Shown here: positions 44,685 through 53,121 of the stretch, piece by piece
How the letters are laid out: the number at the start of each line of letters is the position of its first letter
How positions within the stretch are numbered: the stretch's first letter is position 1
Virus genome (UHGV): UHGV-1493261
Origin: a virus
Length of the DNA: 64,000 nt
Reading direction: 5' to 3' (one strand)
Translations under genes and position numbers: made by a program
Notes under the pieces: generated by a model
What the model saw: only the letters and a program-made list of their open reading frames with translations
Told to the model about the DNA's origin: nothing
Database searches by the model: none

Positions 44685-45059
44685 ATGAAACCTGTTATAT
44701 GTGATTACTGTGGCCTCCCAGCCGAATTCGTCGGTGGTGATGTTCTCTACCCTCATCGCCCTGACCTCCGTAATCTGAAGTTCTGGGTTTGCACCCCGTG
44801 TGATGCCCGTGTCGGTTGCCATGCCCATGGCGGCGGCAGACAACCTTTGGGAAGGATGGCGAATGCCGCTCTCCGTGCCGAGAAGCAAAATGCCCATAGA
44901 TCGTTTGACCCATTGTGGAAAAGCGGAGAGAGGAGCAGGAGCGACGCTTACAGTTGGCTGGCGCATAAGCTGGGGATAAAGAAGCGTGAGTGTCATATTG
45001 GTTTGTTCGATATCGACATGTGCCGTAAAGTAGTGGAGGTCTGTAAACAAATATCATAG
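44685..45059 (+). CDS. Zinc-ribbon protein (124 aa)
   Basis: CDYCG .. CTPCD cysteine pairs; internal ATG of track ORF 44658, whose GTG start lies in the terminator. Confidence 0.5.
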   Translation: MKPVICDYCGLPAEFVGGDVLYPHRPDLRNLKFWVCTPCDARVGCHAHGGGRQPLGRMANAALRAEKQNAHRSFDPLWKSGERSRSDAYSWLAHKLGIKKRECHIGLFDIDMCRKVVEVCKQIS

Positions 45060-45067
45060 GATAACAC

Positions 45068-45940
45068 ATGACAAATCGTACTGGCATAAAACTCACTCCT
45101 GAAGTCCTGAAGTCACATATCGCTGAGGTGATTTACGAAGACCGCGAAGTCGGCGGTCACCGGGCTATCACTTGTCATTTCAAGATGGATAACGGCTTCG
45201 TCGTTCACGGCACCAAGCCCAGCACATCCATAGACCCGGCCAACTTCGATGAAGCCCTGGGCAAAGAGATTTCCTACAATAACACCTTCGACCAGCTGTG
45301 GCAGCTGGAGGCGTACCGGGCGCTTGTTGAACAAGATCTGTTGGCCAAAGCCACGGAAACGGCAGAGATACAGATCGATCAATACGCTGTTGAACGTAGC
45401 GCCCTCTGTCCGGCCTATCACCTCGGCTTCAATGTGATGGTTCAGGAAGTGATGTTCAAAGCGGAAAATGGTGAGCGCTTCTTGGCATCTTTCGTTTGTG
45501 GGCCGGATGACATGGAACTTGTTGTTGAATCTCACAACGCCAAATCTCGTAAGGCTGTTAGTGATTTCCTGCGCGCCAACTCCAAACTCGATCTCACTTA
45601 TTCGCCATTGGTTCTGCGCATCGCCAAGATTTGTCATGAAGCCAACCGCGCATACTGCAAGTCTATTGGTGACGACTCTCAACTGCCTTGGGAACAATCT
45701 CCGGCCTGGCAGCGTGAGAGCGCTTGCAAAGGTGTTATCTTCCATCTCACTGGTGATCGTAAGCCCAGCGAATCGCATGAGAGATGGATGGCGGAGAAGG
45801 AGTCTGAGGGATGGGTGTATGGCCCAGTCAAAGACCCTCAGACCAAGCAACACCCTTGCATGGTTCCGTATGGAGAACTCCCGGTACAACAACGCTCCAA
45901 AGATTATATTTTCAAATCCATTGTAGACTCCTTTAAATAA
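45068..45940 (+). CDS. RyR-domain-containing protein
   Basis: C-terminal ESHERWMAEKESEGWVYGPVKDPQTKQHPCMVPYGELPVQQRSKD matches the RyR repeat pattern (W..GW.YG .. K.HP.LVPY.EL). Confidence 0.6.
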   Translation: MTNRTGIKLTPEVLKSHIAEVIYEDREVGGHRAITCHFKMDNGFVVHGTKPSTSIDPANFDEALGKEISYNNTFDQLWQLEAYRALVEQDLLAKATETAEIQIDQYAVERSALCPAYHLGFNVMVQEVMFKAENGERFLASFVCGPDDMELVVESHNAKSRKAVSDFLRANSKLDLTYSPLVLRIAKICHEANRAYCKSIGDDSQLPWEQSPAWQRESACKGVIFHLTGDRKPSESHERWMAEKESEGWVYGPVKDPQTKQHPCMVPYGELPVQQRSKDYIFKSIVDSFK

Positions 45941-45974
45941 GCTCTGAATAATATTTCAACCTGTCAATAATATA

Positions 45975-46006
45975 ATGCCCGGTTATATTCAATCGGGCAT
46001 TTTTAT
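45975..46006 (+). terminator. Rho-independent terminator
   Basis: ATGCCCG-gttatattcaat-CGGGCAT followed by TTTTT. Confidence 0.55.
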
Positions 46007-46014
46007 TATATTAA

Positions 46015-46045
46015 TTGGCATCAATACCGCCTGTCGTAATATAAT
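46015..46045 (+). promoter_or_regulatory. Sigma70-like promoter candidate
   Basis: TTGGCA -35, 16-19 nt spacer, TAATAT/TATAAT -10. Confidence 0.4.
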
Positions 46046-46090
46046 AGTCCCATGTTGAAATAGTTGGGAAATATAACTCACGAGAGCCTG

Positions 46091-46267
46091 ATGACCGACA
46101 ACAAATTAAAACGCGCCGGACTTGATTGTCTTGACAATTCATTCCGCCCCAGTGATGTTCTGGTCGCCCAAATGGAAAACAACCGGGATTTCATTGAAAC
46201 TATGCTGGAGAACGCCGACGCGAACTCCAAACACTCCAAAGCCCAAAAAGGTCAAAACGATGATTGA
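46091..46267 (+). CDS. Small hypothetical protein (58 aa)
   Basis: ATG overlapping the vWA gene start. Confidence 0.35.
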   Translation: MTDNKLKRAGLDCLDNSFRPSDVLVAQMENNRDFIETMLENADANSKHSKAQKGQNDD

Positions 46268-48461
46268 GTCATTAACATTTAAGAATGCGGTTGCGACCGT
46301 CGCGCCGTCTAACCATGTAATCGTTGTGGATATCTCCGGTTCCATGTATCGTTCACTTCCAGAAGTCCGTAAGCATCTGAAGGAGAACCTGCCTTCCCTG
46401 GTGAAACCCGAAGATACTGTGAGCATCCTTTACTTTTCATCTCGCGGTGATTTCGGAACGGTATTTGCCGGACGTCAGATCGGTGTCGCATCTGACCTGA
46501 GCGAGCTGAATAAGCTGATCGACCGTTTCCTGCAACCATCCGGCTGTACTGGTTTTGTTGAGCCATTGAAACTGGCGATGGATACTGCGCGCGGCCTGAA
46601 GAAACCCGGCTACGTCAACAACCTGGCATTCATGACCGATGGTTATGACAACTGCTGGCGCTCCAATGAAATCCTGGATACCGCCGAAAAACTTCCTTCC
46701 GCGTTCGACAACGTTACATTCATCGAATACGGCTGGCACTGTAACCGTGAACTGCTGGCGCAGATGGCCGAACGCTCTGGTGCAACCCACGTTTTCGCCG
46801 AAGGTCAGACTGAATATCAGACCGAGCTGGAAAACGTGCTGAAGTCATCAGTGCCGAAGGTGAAAGTTGATGTCCCAGTCATCTACACCCATGCCATCTA
46901 CGTCGAAAACGGTGTGGCAACAGTACTGGCGGTGCAGGACGATGACGCTCACCCGGTCGGTTATGTGAGCATCCCTGAGAGCGTCACCAAGCTGTGGGTT
47001 GTAAACCCTAACATGATCGACCAGATGGATAGCCTGACGGACATCCAGGCGGCATACGTGCTGGCGTTCTACGGCGTACACACTATGGACGCAGATCTGG
47101 TTTGGGCTGCGCTGAAGAAGACGGGCGACGTTCGCTTCATCAAACAGTACAGCAACTGCTTCACCAAGCAGGACTACTCCAACATCAAGAACGATCTGAC
47201 CCAGGCCATCGTTGATGACCAGCTGCGCGGCGTTGACGGTATTGACTATGACCTGGTTCCAGCTGAAGATGCGACCACCGTCGTTGATGTGCTGACGTAC
47301 CTGGCTGAAGCTGGTGTGCCTGTTGCTACCAAGCATCCGATGTTCTCCTATAAGAGTATCGGGCGCGGTACGGTTCAGAAAACCGACGACACCGAAGACA
47401 AGCTGGCAGAACAGATCGCGAATGCTCAGTCCAAAGAAGAGCGTAAAGCCCTGGCTCTCAAGCTGGCAGAACACGAAGAGTGGAACCCGACGTTCGAACC
47501 TACCAACGACCTGGGTGTTGTGCCAATCAGCGATTTGGTCTATAATTCCGAACGCCCGAACATCAGTGTGCGTACAATTCAACACGGTACTGTGGCTGTG
47601 CCTGAATTCGCACAGAAGAAGTTTGGCCTGCCTGAAGAACTGGATACTTTCCAGTGGCGCAACTACACCATCGTCAAAGATGGTATCATCAACGTGAAGA
47701 CCCTGCCGTTCAAGGCTGATATCGAAGTTGTACAGAAGCTGATCGAAATGGGCGTCCACGTGTTTGGTGGTCCGGAAGTGTTCATCTTGAACCTGGAAAG
47801 CGTACCGCTGGTCAACCGCGCCATGGTCAAGAACATCAGTGCTGCTCAGTTCTTTGCGGATAATGTCCGTCTGGAAGCCCTGAAAGGCAAGCAGAAGGTG
47901 CTGAAGTTCTATCGAGACGCCCTGGTTGGTAAGGGTAACGCCAAAGGCCTGGCAGTACAGTACGGCGCTGAGGCGGCCGAGTTCCTGTCCTCCTATGGCA
48001 TCCGCGATTACGGCTTCTCACCGAAGACTGAGACCAAAGAGTCTACCGACTTCTACATGAGCCGTGAGCTGAACGTGAAGATCGCTGGCGCTTCTTCTCT
48101 ACCGTCTATCGCAGCGGTACAGAAGAAGATAGCCGAGAACAAGAAACTCAATGCTGGTGACTTGTTCATCGCCAATGCGCTGAAGGAGTACGAAGCATTC
48201 GTGAAGTCTCCTATGATCACTGCCGTGCCTGAAGCCTTACAGAAACATCTGATCGAAAACTGGATCGACGCTGCTGCCAAGGCGGCCATCACCGAAGTCC
48301 GTGCTCTGAACAAGACGCTGTCTAAAGTGGTGTATGGTATCGTTGCTGGTCATGGCTGGTTCACCGACCTCGACCTGGAAGAGTCCACCATGGAAGTTGA
48401 AGTGGATGGGGTGAAGTACAAGGTCACTGCCGAACTGGCAGAGAAAGAAATCAAAATCTAA
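46260..48461 (+). CDS. von Willebrand factor A (vWA) domain protein (733 aa)
   Basis: MIDAS motif VIVVDISGSM (DxSxS) near the N-terminus; AAAGG Shine-Dalgarno; long C-terminal region of unknown fold. Confidence 0.7.
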   Translation: MIESLTFKNAVATVAPSNHVIVVDISGSMYRSLPEVRKHLKENLPSLVKPEDTVSILYFSSRGDFGTVFAGRQIGVASDLSELNKLIDRFLQPSGCTGFVEPLKLAMDTARGLKKPGYVNNLAFMTDGYDNCWRSNEILDTAEKLPSAFDNVTFIEYGWHCNRELLAQMAERSGATHVFAEGQTEYQTELENVLKSSVPKVKVDVPVIYTHAIYVENGVATVLAVQDDDAHPVGYVSIPESVTKLWVVNPNMIDQMDSLTDIQAAYVLAFYGVHTMDADLVWAALKKTGDVRFIKQYSNCFTKQDYSNIKNDLTQAIVDDQLRGVDGIDYDLVPAEDATTVVDVLTYLAEAGVPVATKHPMFSYKSIGRGTVQKTDDTEDKLAEQIANAQSKEERKALALKLAEHEEWNPTFEPTNDLGVVPISDLVYNSERPNISVRTIQHGTVAVPEFAQKKFGLPEELDTFQWRNYTIVKDGIINVKTLPFKADIEVVQKLIEMGVHVFGGPEVFILNLESVPLVNRAMVKNISAAQFFADNVRLEALKGKQKVLKFYRDALVGKGNAKGLAVQYGAEAAEFLSSYGIRDYGFSPKTETKESTDFYMSRELNVKIAGASSLPSIAAVQKKIAENKKLNAGDLFIANALKEYEAFVKSPMITAVPEALQKHLIENWIDAAAKAAITEVRALNKTLSKVVYGIVAGHGWFTDLDLEESTMEVEVDGVKYKVTAELAEKEIKI

Positions 48462-48468
48462 TCCAACG

Positions 48469-48490
48469 GGCGGGTTGCCCCGCCTTTCTT
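48469..48490 (+). terminator. Terminator hairpin
   Basis: GGCGGG-TTG-CCCCGCC followed by TTTCTTT. Confidence 0.5.
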
Positions 48491-48503
48491 TGGGAGAAGT
48501 AGC

Positions 48504-48830
48504 ATGAGCAGTAAACCAACATATGTTGAAGTCATGCGTCATCTGGCTCAGTACGCCACTGACAATTTGAACTTAGATGCAGATGAGGTGAAATACCCAG
48601 ACGTCAAGAAAATGATTGACGGCGAAGTTGTCATAGACGATGCGTTGGACAAGTTTGCAGGCCTCCGCACCAAGAAAGATCTGGGTGGTGACGAACTCGA
48701 TACCATCGAAATCGTGATGGACCTGGAAGAAGAGTTCAACGTCGAAATCGACGACGGTTGGCTAGGTAGTAAAGGCGATGACCCGACCATGGGTGAACTC
48801 GCTGAACTCGTGGTTGCCCTGCGCAAATAA
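48504..48830 (+). CDS. Acyl carrier protein-like protein lacking the phosphopantetheine-attachment serine
   Basis: DLGGDELDTIEIVMDLEEEFNVEIDD versus E. coli ACP [26 protein letters not shown]: 19 of 26 identical, with the conserved Ser replaced by Glu (GAA at 48693-48695). GGGAGAAG Shine-Dalgarno. Confidence 0.7.
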   Translation: MSSKPTYVEVMRHLAQYATDNLNLDADEVKYPDVKKMIDGEVVIDDALDKFAGLRTKKDLGGDELDTIEIVMDLEEEFNVEIDDGWLGSKGDDPTMGELAELVVALRK

Positions 48831-48836
48831 CAGAAG

Positions 48837-48862
48837 TCCCCAACAAACGTTGGGGATTTTTA
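48837..48862 (+). terminator. Rho-independent terminator
   Basis: TCCCCAAC-aaac-GTTGGGGA followed by TTTTT. Confidence 0.6.
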
Positions 48863-48872
48863 CTTTTAGGGG

Positions 48873-48902
48873 GTTTACTTCCTCTAAGGAATGTCCTATT
48901 AT
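48873..48902 (+). promoter_or_regulatory. Sigma70-like early promoter candidate
   Basis: GTTTAC -35 (T4 early-like), 18-nt spacer, TATTAT -10. Confidence 0.45.
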
Positions 48903-48953
48903 TCAATAACTGGCGAACGATGGGTTCACCGGGTTGAAAGGTAAGATTATATC

Positions 48954-49193
48954 ATGAAGAACAAAATGGTCGAAACTTCAGTAGAGATTGATCGCAATTG
49001 GGGATTGCTCCGCGCTAAAGGGTTCCGTCGTGTGTATGCGACCAAAGAAGTCTACGCACAGCGCCGTGACGTTATCATCAGCAAGAAAGGCAAAGAGTGG
49101 GTTGCTGAAGAAGTTGATGTCGAGACAGGCATCGTAGGAAAGGTAAAGGCCAAGGCCGTGATCCTCTTCGCTCTTCTGAAGCACATCAGTTAA
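48954..49193 (+). CDS. Hypothetical protein (79 aa)
   Basis: ATG with AAGGTAAGA Shine-Dalgarno. Confidence 0.5.
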   Translation: MKNKMVETSVEIDRNWGLLRAKGFRRVYATKEVYAQRRDVIISKKGKEWVAEEVDVETGIVGKVKAKAVILFALLKHIS

Positions 49194-49196
49194 TTC

Positions 49197-49238
49197 TATA
49201 ACTTTGGGCGGGGTATGATTACCCCGTCTATTTGAAAT
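49197..49238 (+). promoter_or_regulatory. Cassette: TATAAC, hairpin CGGGGTATGATTACCCCG, TATTTGAAAT
   Basis: Hairpin core identical to the copy at 49765-49786. Confidence 0.45.
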
Positions 49239-49252
49239 GCAGGAACTATACC

Positions 49253-49759
49253 ATGACCGATCAACAAATTCAAGATTTATTTTACCTCGTCCATGATAAG
49301 TCCCACATCATGCGCCCCGGTACTGTTTCCCCTGCCGTCCGTGATCTGGTGCAAGAATTGCGCGAACCACAGACGACCACACTTTATCGCGGGTTGCCTA
49401 AAGAGGACGTTGCGCGTTTAGAGATGATGTTTGAACGAGGCGACATGTTCCAGACATGGGATTCTTGCCTTAGCTTCAGTGAACTGAAGCATGTGGCCAA
49501 AAAATTTTCTAAATCGTACGGAACCCAAGCTGTTGCCCGCATTTGTTACAAACATCGAAACAGACTCCCGGAGGGGCTTAATGTCTATGGTTCTCTAGAA
49601 AAATTTGTGAACAAAGGCGATGAATCAGAAATGGATATGCTGGACTTGGCGTCCATGGAGAAAGAATGGATATTCTGCCAGCCTCGCGTCATACCAGTTT
49701 CAAGAAAAATGGCAACAGACGGGACGATGGTTTTTACCGTATCACTTGTTACTCTATAA
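49253..49759 (+). CDS. Hypothetical protein (168 aa), candidate mono-ADP-ribosyltransferase
   Basis: Possible R-S-E triad: YRG, SxS in WDSCLSFSE, ExE in MEKEWIF. Assignment is speculative. Confidence 0.5.
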   Translation: MTDQQIQDLFYLVHDKSHIMRPGTVSPAVRDLVQELREPQTTTLYRGLPKEDVARLEMMFERGDMFQTWDSCLSFSELKHVAKKFSKSYGTQAVARICYKHRNRLPEGLNVYGSLEKFVNKGDESEMDMLDLASMEKEWIFCQPRVIPVSRKMATDGTMVFTVSLVTL

Positions 49760-49796
49760 CCCACGGCGGGGTATGATTACCCCGCCCATTTGAAAC
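49755..49796 (+). promoter_or_regulatory. Cassette: TATAAC, hairpin GGCGGGGTATGATTACCCCGCC, CATTTGAAAC
   Basis: Near-identical repeat of the cassette at 49197. Confidence 0.45.
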
Positions 49797-49810
49797 CAAG
49801 AGACTATATC

Positions 49811-50185
49811 ATGAAAAAGTTAATCCTCGCTGTTGCCCTGCTGGGCGCTTCCTTTGCTGCTGTTTCCGCTCCTCCTGTCATTACCGGGGTGTCTACCAAC
49901 GGTGTTTATGCTTTCAAGGCGTATGGTCAAGACCTCGTTCTGTATAAGAACGGGAAGATGATTGAGCGCTGCGTATCAGAAGACGTGAATCGTGGGATCG
50001 ACAATCAGGGTAGCCCATACGTCCTGGACATCTATGCCTGCTCCAACGGGACGAAGTCCTTTGGTGTCAAGACCTTTGGCAACGTCGCCGTCGGCGGCTG
50101 GGGCTTCATGATCGAAACCCGCAACCACCAACCGGTCAAGACCATGCAAGAAGAGTTCTTGATCTCTGTCGGGGGTACGTTATGA
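49811..50185 (+). CDS. Secreted small protein (Sec signal peptide)
   Basis: MKKLILAVALLGASFAAVSA then a mature domain with two Cys. Confidence 0.6.
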   Translation: MKKLILAVALLGASFAAVSAPPVITGVSTNGVYAFKAYGQDLVLYKNGKMIERCVSEDVNRGIDNQGSPYVLDIYACSNGTKSFGVKTFGNVAVGGWGFMIETRNHQPVKTMQEEFLISVGGTL

Positions 50186-50469
50186 CACCATCAGAGAGAA
50201 GTTCTATCAAGGAGATGATCAGAGACAAGGCGTGTGTTGGCCATACTCAGTCAGAGAACATCTTGCGCCTGATGGTAATAAAGAACGATATCGATAACAG
50301 CCGATTCCAAACAGCGTTGTATGGCATGCTGGAGTTTATATCGCGGTCATCTGATCTTGGCACGGTCCGATATCTTGATGATCTAACCAAGCTGTTGAAC
50401 ACGGGCGGGGAAACTTTCGACACCGCTCGTATCCTGATTGACGGTGGACCTGAAGAAGACGAGGTATAA
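50182..50469 (+). CDS. Hypothetical protein (95 aa)
   Basis: ATGA overlap with the upstream gene. Confidence 0.5.
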   Translation: MTPSERSSIKEMIRDKACVGHTQSENILRLMVIKNDIDNSRFQTALYGMLEFISRSSDLGTVRYLDDLTKLLNTGGETFDTARILIDGGPEEDEV

Positions 50470-50470
50470 T

Positions 50471-50629
50471 TTGGATAAAGAATTGGTTTGGGAAATTGTG
50501 AAGGGTGTCCTAGTGATAATTGCGGTGGTTTTCATCTTGGGTGGGAACTTCTTCTATTGGTTATTCCGATCCGACCAGAAACGTCGCGAACGCAAGGAGA
50601 AAGAGAGAAAGGATCGATGGATGCGCTAA
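50471..50629 (+). CDS. Tiny single-pass membrane protein (TTG start), tentative
   Basis: GAGGT Shine-Dalgarno 5 nt before TTG; VKGVLVIIAVVFILGGNFFYWLF helix then a basic tail. No ATG available. Confidence 0.25.
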   Translation: MDKELVWEIVKGVLVIIAVVFILGGNFFYWLFRSDQKRRERKEKERKDRWMR

Positions 50630-50661
50630 CTAAGGGATAACCCTATATCCCGAGGTGTGTC

Positions 50662-51111
50662 ATGTTCCTTACATCCTTTATTGACTGGTTGAACATCATT
50701 AACGGCCTGAGGATCCCTGTTGGGAACCTCGGGCTTTCTCGTTCTTCTATGCCGCAAATCGATGCCGACAAACAAGAAGATTTTCACAAATATCTTGAAG
50801 ACAACGGCGTGTCCATAGATGCTGCGCAAGTGCCCATCAAAATGCTTCGTCTTACCCAGAACGAAATCAACAAGATGAAGGTCTGGAAGATTATGAAGCA
50901 GATCAGAAATAAGAAACCTATGGGTCGAGTTTGGGTGTCTTCTGACAATTACGTTGTTGACGGTTCTCACCGATTTGTCGCTGCGTTGAACATGGACGGC
51001 AAACAGCGCATGAAGGTCTACAAAGTTGATTTACCAGCGATGGAATTTGTTAAACTCGCTAAACAGTTTCAGGGTGTGCGATACAGAACGGTCAGCGATA
51101 CCCGTTTCTGA
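50662..51111 (+). CDS. ParB/Srx-fold (ParB-like nuclease domain) protein
   Basis: VVDGSHRFVAAL matches the ParB N-terminal DGxHR motif; GAGGTG Shine-Dalgarno. Confidence 0.55.
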   Translation: MFLTSFIDWLNIINGLRIPVGNLGLSRSSMPQIDADKQEDFHKYLEDNGVSIDAAQVPIKMLRLTQNEINKMKVWKIMKQIRNKKPMGRVWVSSDNYVVDGSHRFVAALNMDGKQRMKVYKVDLPAMEFVKLAKQFQGVRYRTVSDTRF

Positions 51112-51190
51112 ATACGATAGTTTATTGAATCCCTTTACTCATCATGGTGAGCCGCCTATCATTTCATCCAATGAAATAAGGAGAATCACC

Positions 51191-51877
51191 ATGAAACGTT
51201 TAATCCTCGGGGTTGTGCTGGCTGGTCTGGCATTACCCGCCGCTGCCAAGCTGAACTCCACAGGTGATAAACTGTGGTCCGACCTTTCCTATTGTGCTGG
51301 GTTCTCCCAGGCGGTTGCTATCGACAAGTCTGGTTCCATAGAGAACTTCGCTGAACTCTGGAACACAGGCAACGTCTCCACCGCTGTCATCAATGCCGGA
51401 ATTGAGTTCAACCGTTACAAACAGGGAGCCTATAACCTCAAGGGCTACCTCAATGACGACGAATTTAACCGTGGAGGCATGGAGGCTGGCGATTTGATCA
51501 TGACTGGGCGTATGGGCACCCAAGGCCGAATGACCGTAAGACAGTGCCGTTCGCTCCCTTCTCCGGCATTACAGAAGGGTGTGCAGATAGGCCGCCGTCA
51601 CCTGAACCTCATCAACGATGGCAACCAGTGCATCAAAGTATTCGAATACAGCGCTACGCAGACCTCTGATCGCGTCCTGAAGAAGGAATGGCGCACTCGC
51701 GCTCTCGGTCTCAGAGCCTGGCTGGTTGAGAACGATTATTACTTTGAAGACAGGGTTCAGAACGGTCTGAAAGACCTGGCCACGAATCTGAGCGTGAACC
51801 TTGATGATCCTCGCATGTCGCGCGAACTCCAGCAGACTCGTGTTGACTGCGACAATATGATGAAGGAGAACGAGTGA
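51191..51877 (+). CDS. Secreted protein (228 aa, Sec signal peptide)
   Basis: MKRLILGVVLAGLALPAAA; AGGAG Shine-Dalgarno; internal ATG of track ORF 51026. Confidence 0.6.
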   Translation: MKRLILGVVLAGLALPAAAKLNSTGDKLWSDLSYCAGFSQAVAIDKSGSIENFAELWNTGNVSTAVINAGIEFNRYKQGAYNLKGYLNDDEFNRGGMEAGDLIMTGRMGTQGRMTVRQCRSLPSPALQKGVQIGRRHLNLINDGNQCIKVFEYSATQTSDRVLKKEWRTRALGLRAWLVENDYYFEDRVQNGLKDLATNLSVNLDDPRMSRELQQTRVDCDNMMKENE

Positions 51878-52203
51878 TGAAATGTAAAATCCTGCTCTTG
51901 TTGGTACTGATAGCCGGGTGTGTAAACGCCGCGCCACCGTCCAAACTGAACACATGTGTGGCATGGATGGAGACGTATCAGCAGTTCCACCCAGATGACA
52001 AAGATACATCTATCCTCTTGTCTGACTTCGAGGGAGAGCTGAAGCGCCTTGATCTGTTCAGTGTTGATCAGATAGAGAATGCGCTGGATCTTCCCATGAT
52101 GCTGACTGCGGCTGACAACAGTTCACAAACGAAGAAAGACCTGATGTATTGCCGGGGGATTGCCCAGGACTTTGTCGGATTTCAAAATAAAGTTTCGGGT
52201 TAA
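51877..52203 (+). CDS. Lipoprotein (108 aa)
   Basis: MKCKILLLLVLIAGC with lipobox LIAGC; GAAGGAGAA Shine-Dalgarno; several mature-domain Cys. Confidence 0.6.
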   Translation: MKCKILLLLVLIAGCVNAAPPSKLNTCVAWMETYQQFHPDDKDTSILLSDFEGELKRLDLFSVDQIENALDLPMMLTAADNSSQTKKDLMYCRGIAQDFVGFQNKVSG

Positions 52204-52243
52204 AATTTTAGCTCTACATTGTGAACTGAAGGAATACACTGTG

Positions 52244-53110
52244 ATGCTCCTGACCAAAACAATCGCTGCAGCGATTATCGAAAAGAATAAGGCTTTTGCC
52301 CCCAACGCAGCCAAAGTTATGTTGGTACACGAAGACGCTCGCGTGATCTTCGCCGAGAAGTTCGAGATGGGCGCGAAGTTCTGGTATGCCGACAACTTAC
52401 GTGAGAGCAAACTTCAGGGTATCATCCACAAACTGACTCTGGTCGCCAAGCGTAATGACCAGGGTGACTGGGTCGGCGTTTCTGACTTCAGTACGAAGAT
52501 CACCCCAAAGGCTCCACTTTCTCGTCAAGAGCGCATTCTGGAAGCCCAGGAAAAGCTGCGTGCGGCTCGGAGTACCCCAAAGGCGAAACCAGATGCAAGC
52601 CCTGTCATCAAGCCAGCGGTTGTTCCTAAGTCCAAATACCTCCCGCCCGTGAGTCAAAAGGCTGTGGAGCAATTGGTTGAGAAGCGCAAGGGTGACGTTG
52701 TGATGAAGTCTGACTCTTCAGTGGAGCCGTTCAAGCCGGATCCAGCAGAAGTACAGGCGCTGGCAGAAAAGGTAAAGAATTCACAATTCATTTCCCTGCG
52801 TGAACTTGAACCGCCTACTCGCCGTCGTATCGCCAACGAGCTGTTTGTGTCGTTCAGGTCGGATGGCAAGATCGTCCTGTGCAAAGCCCTGCGCGATGCA
52901 ATCCCTTGGACAACTCTGAACATGATGGTCACTCGCGACTTCAAGCGTTTTGGTATCATGCAAGGCAAGGACTACAACGTGAACCAGAGTGGGACTTATG
53001 TTAATCGCGCCATGTGTGACAAACTGACCTTCCCAGAAGATACTGGAACGATCCGTGTCGTTCTGAATTGGGACGACAAGCTGAACATGTATGTTGGCGA
53101 TTTCCAATAA
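52244..53110 (+). CDS. Hypothetical protein (288 aa) with a basic Pro/Lys-rich linker
   Basis: ATG with GAAGGAA Shine-Dalgarno (track ORF 52160). Confidence 0.55.
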   Translation: MLLTKTIAAAIIEKNKAFAPNAAKVMLVHEDARVIFAEKFEMGAKFWYADNLRESKLQGIIHKLTLVAKRNDQGDWVGVSDFSTKITPKAPLSRQERILEAQEKLRAARSTPKAKPDASPVIKPAVVPKSKYLPPVSQKAVEQLVEKRKGDVVMKSDSSVEPFKPDPAEVQALAEKVKNSQFISLRELEPPTRRRIANELFVSFRSDGKIVLCKALRDAIPWTTLNMMVTRDFKRFGIMQGKDYNVNQSGTYVNRAMCDKLTFPEDTGTIRVVLNWDDKLNMYVGDFQ

Positions 53111-53121
53111 TCAATAACCTC

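Noticed and set aside
46848-47759. 303-aa minus-strand ORF inside the vWA gene, and 42487-43308 inside the 672-aa gene
   Set aside because: Antisense shadows within long + strand ORFs.
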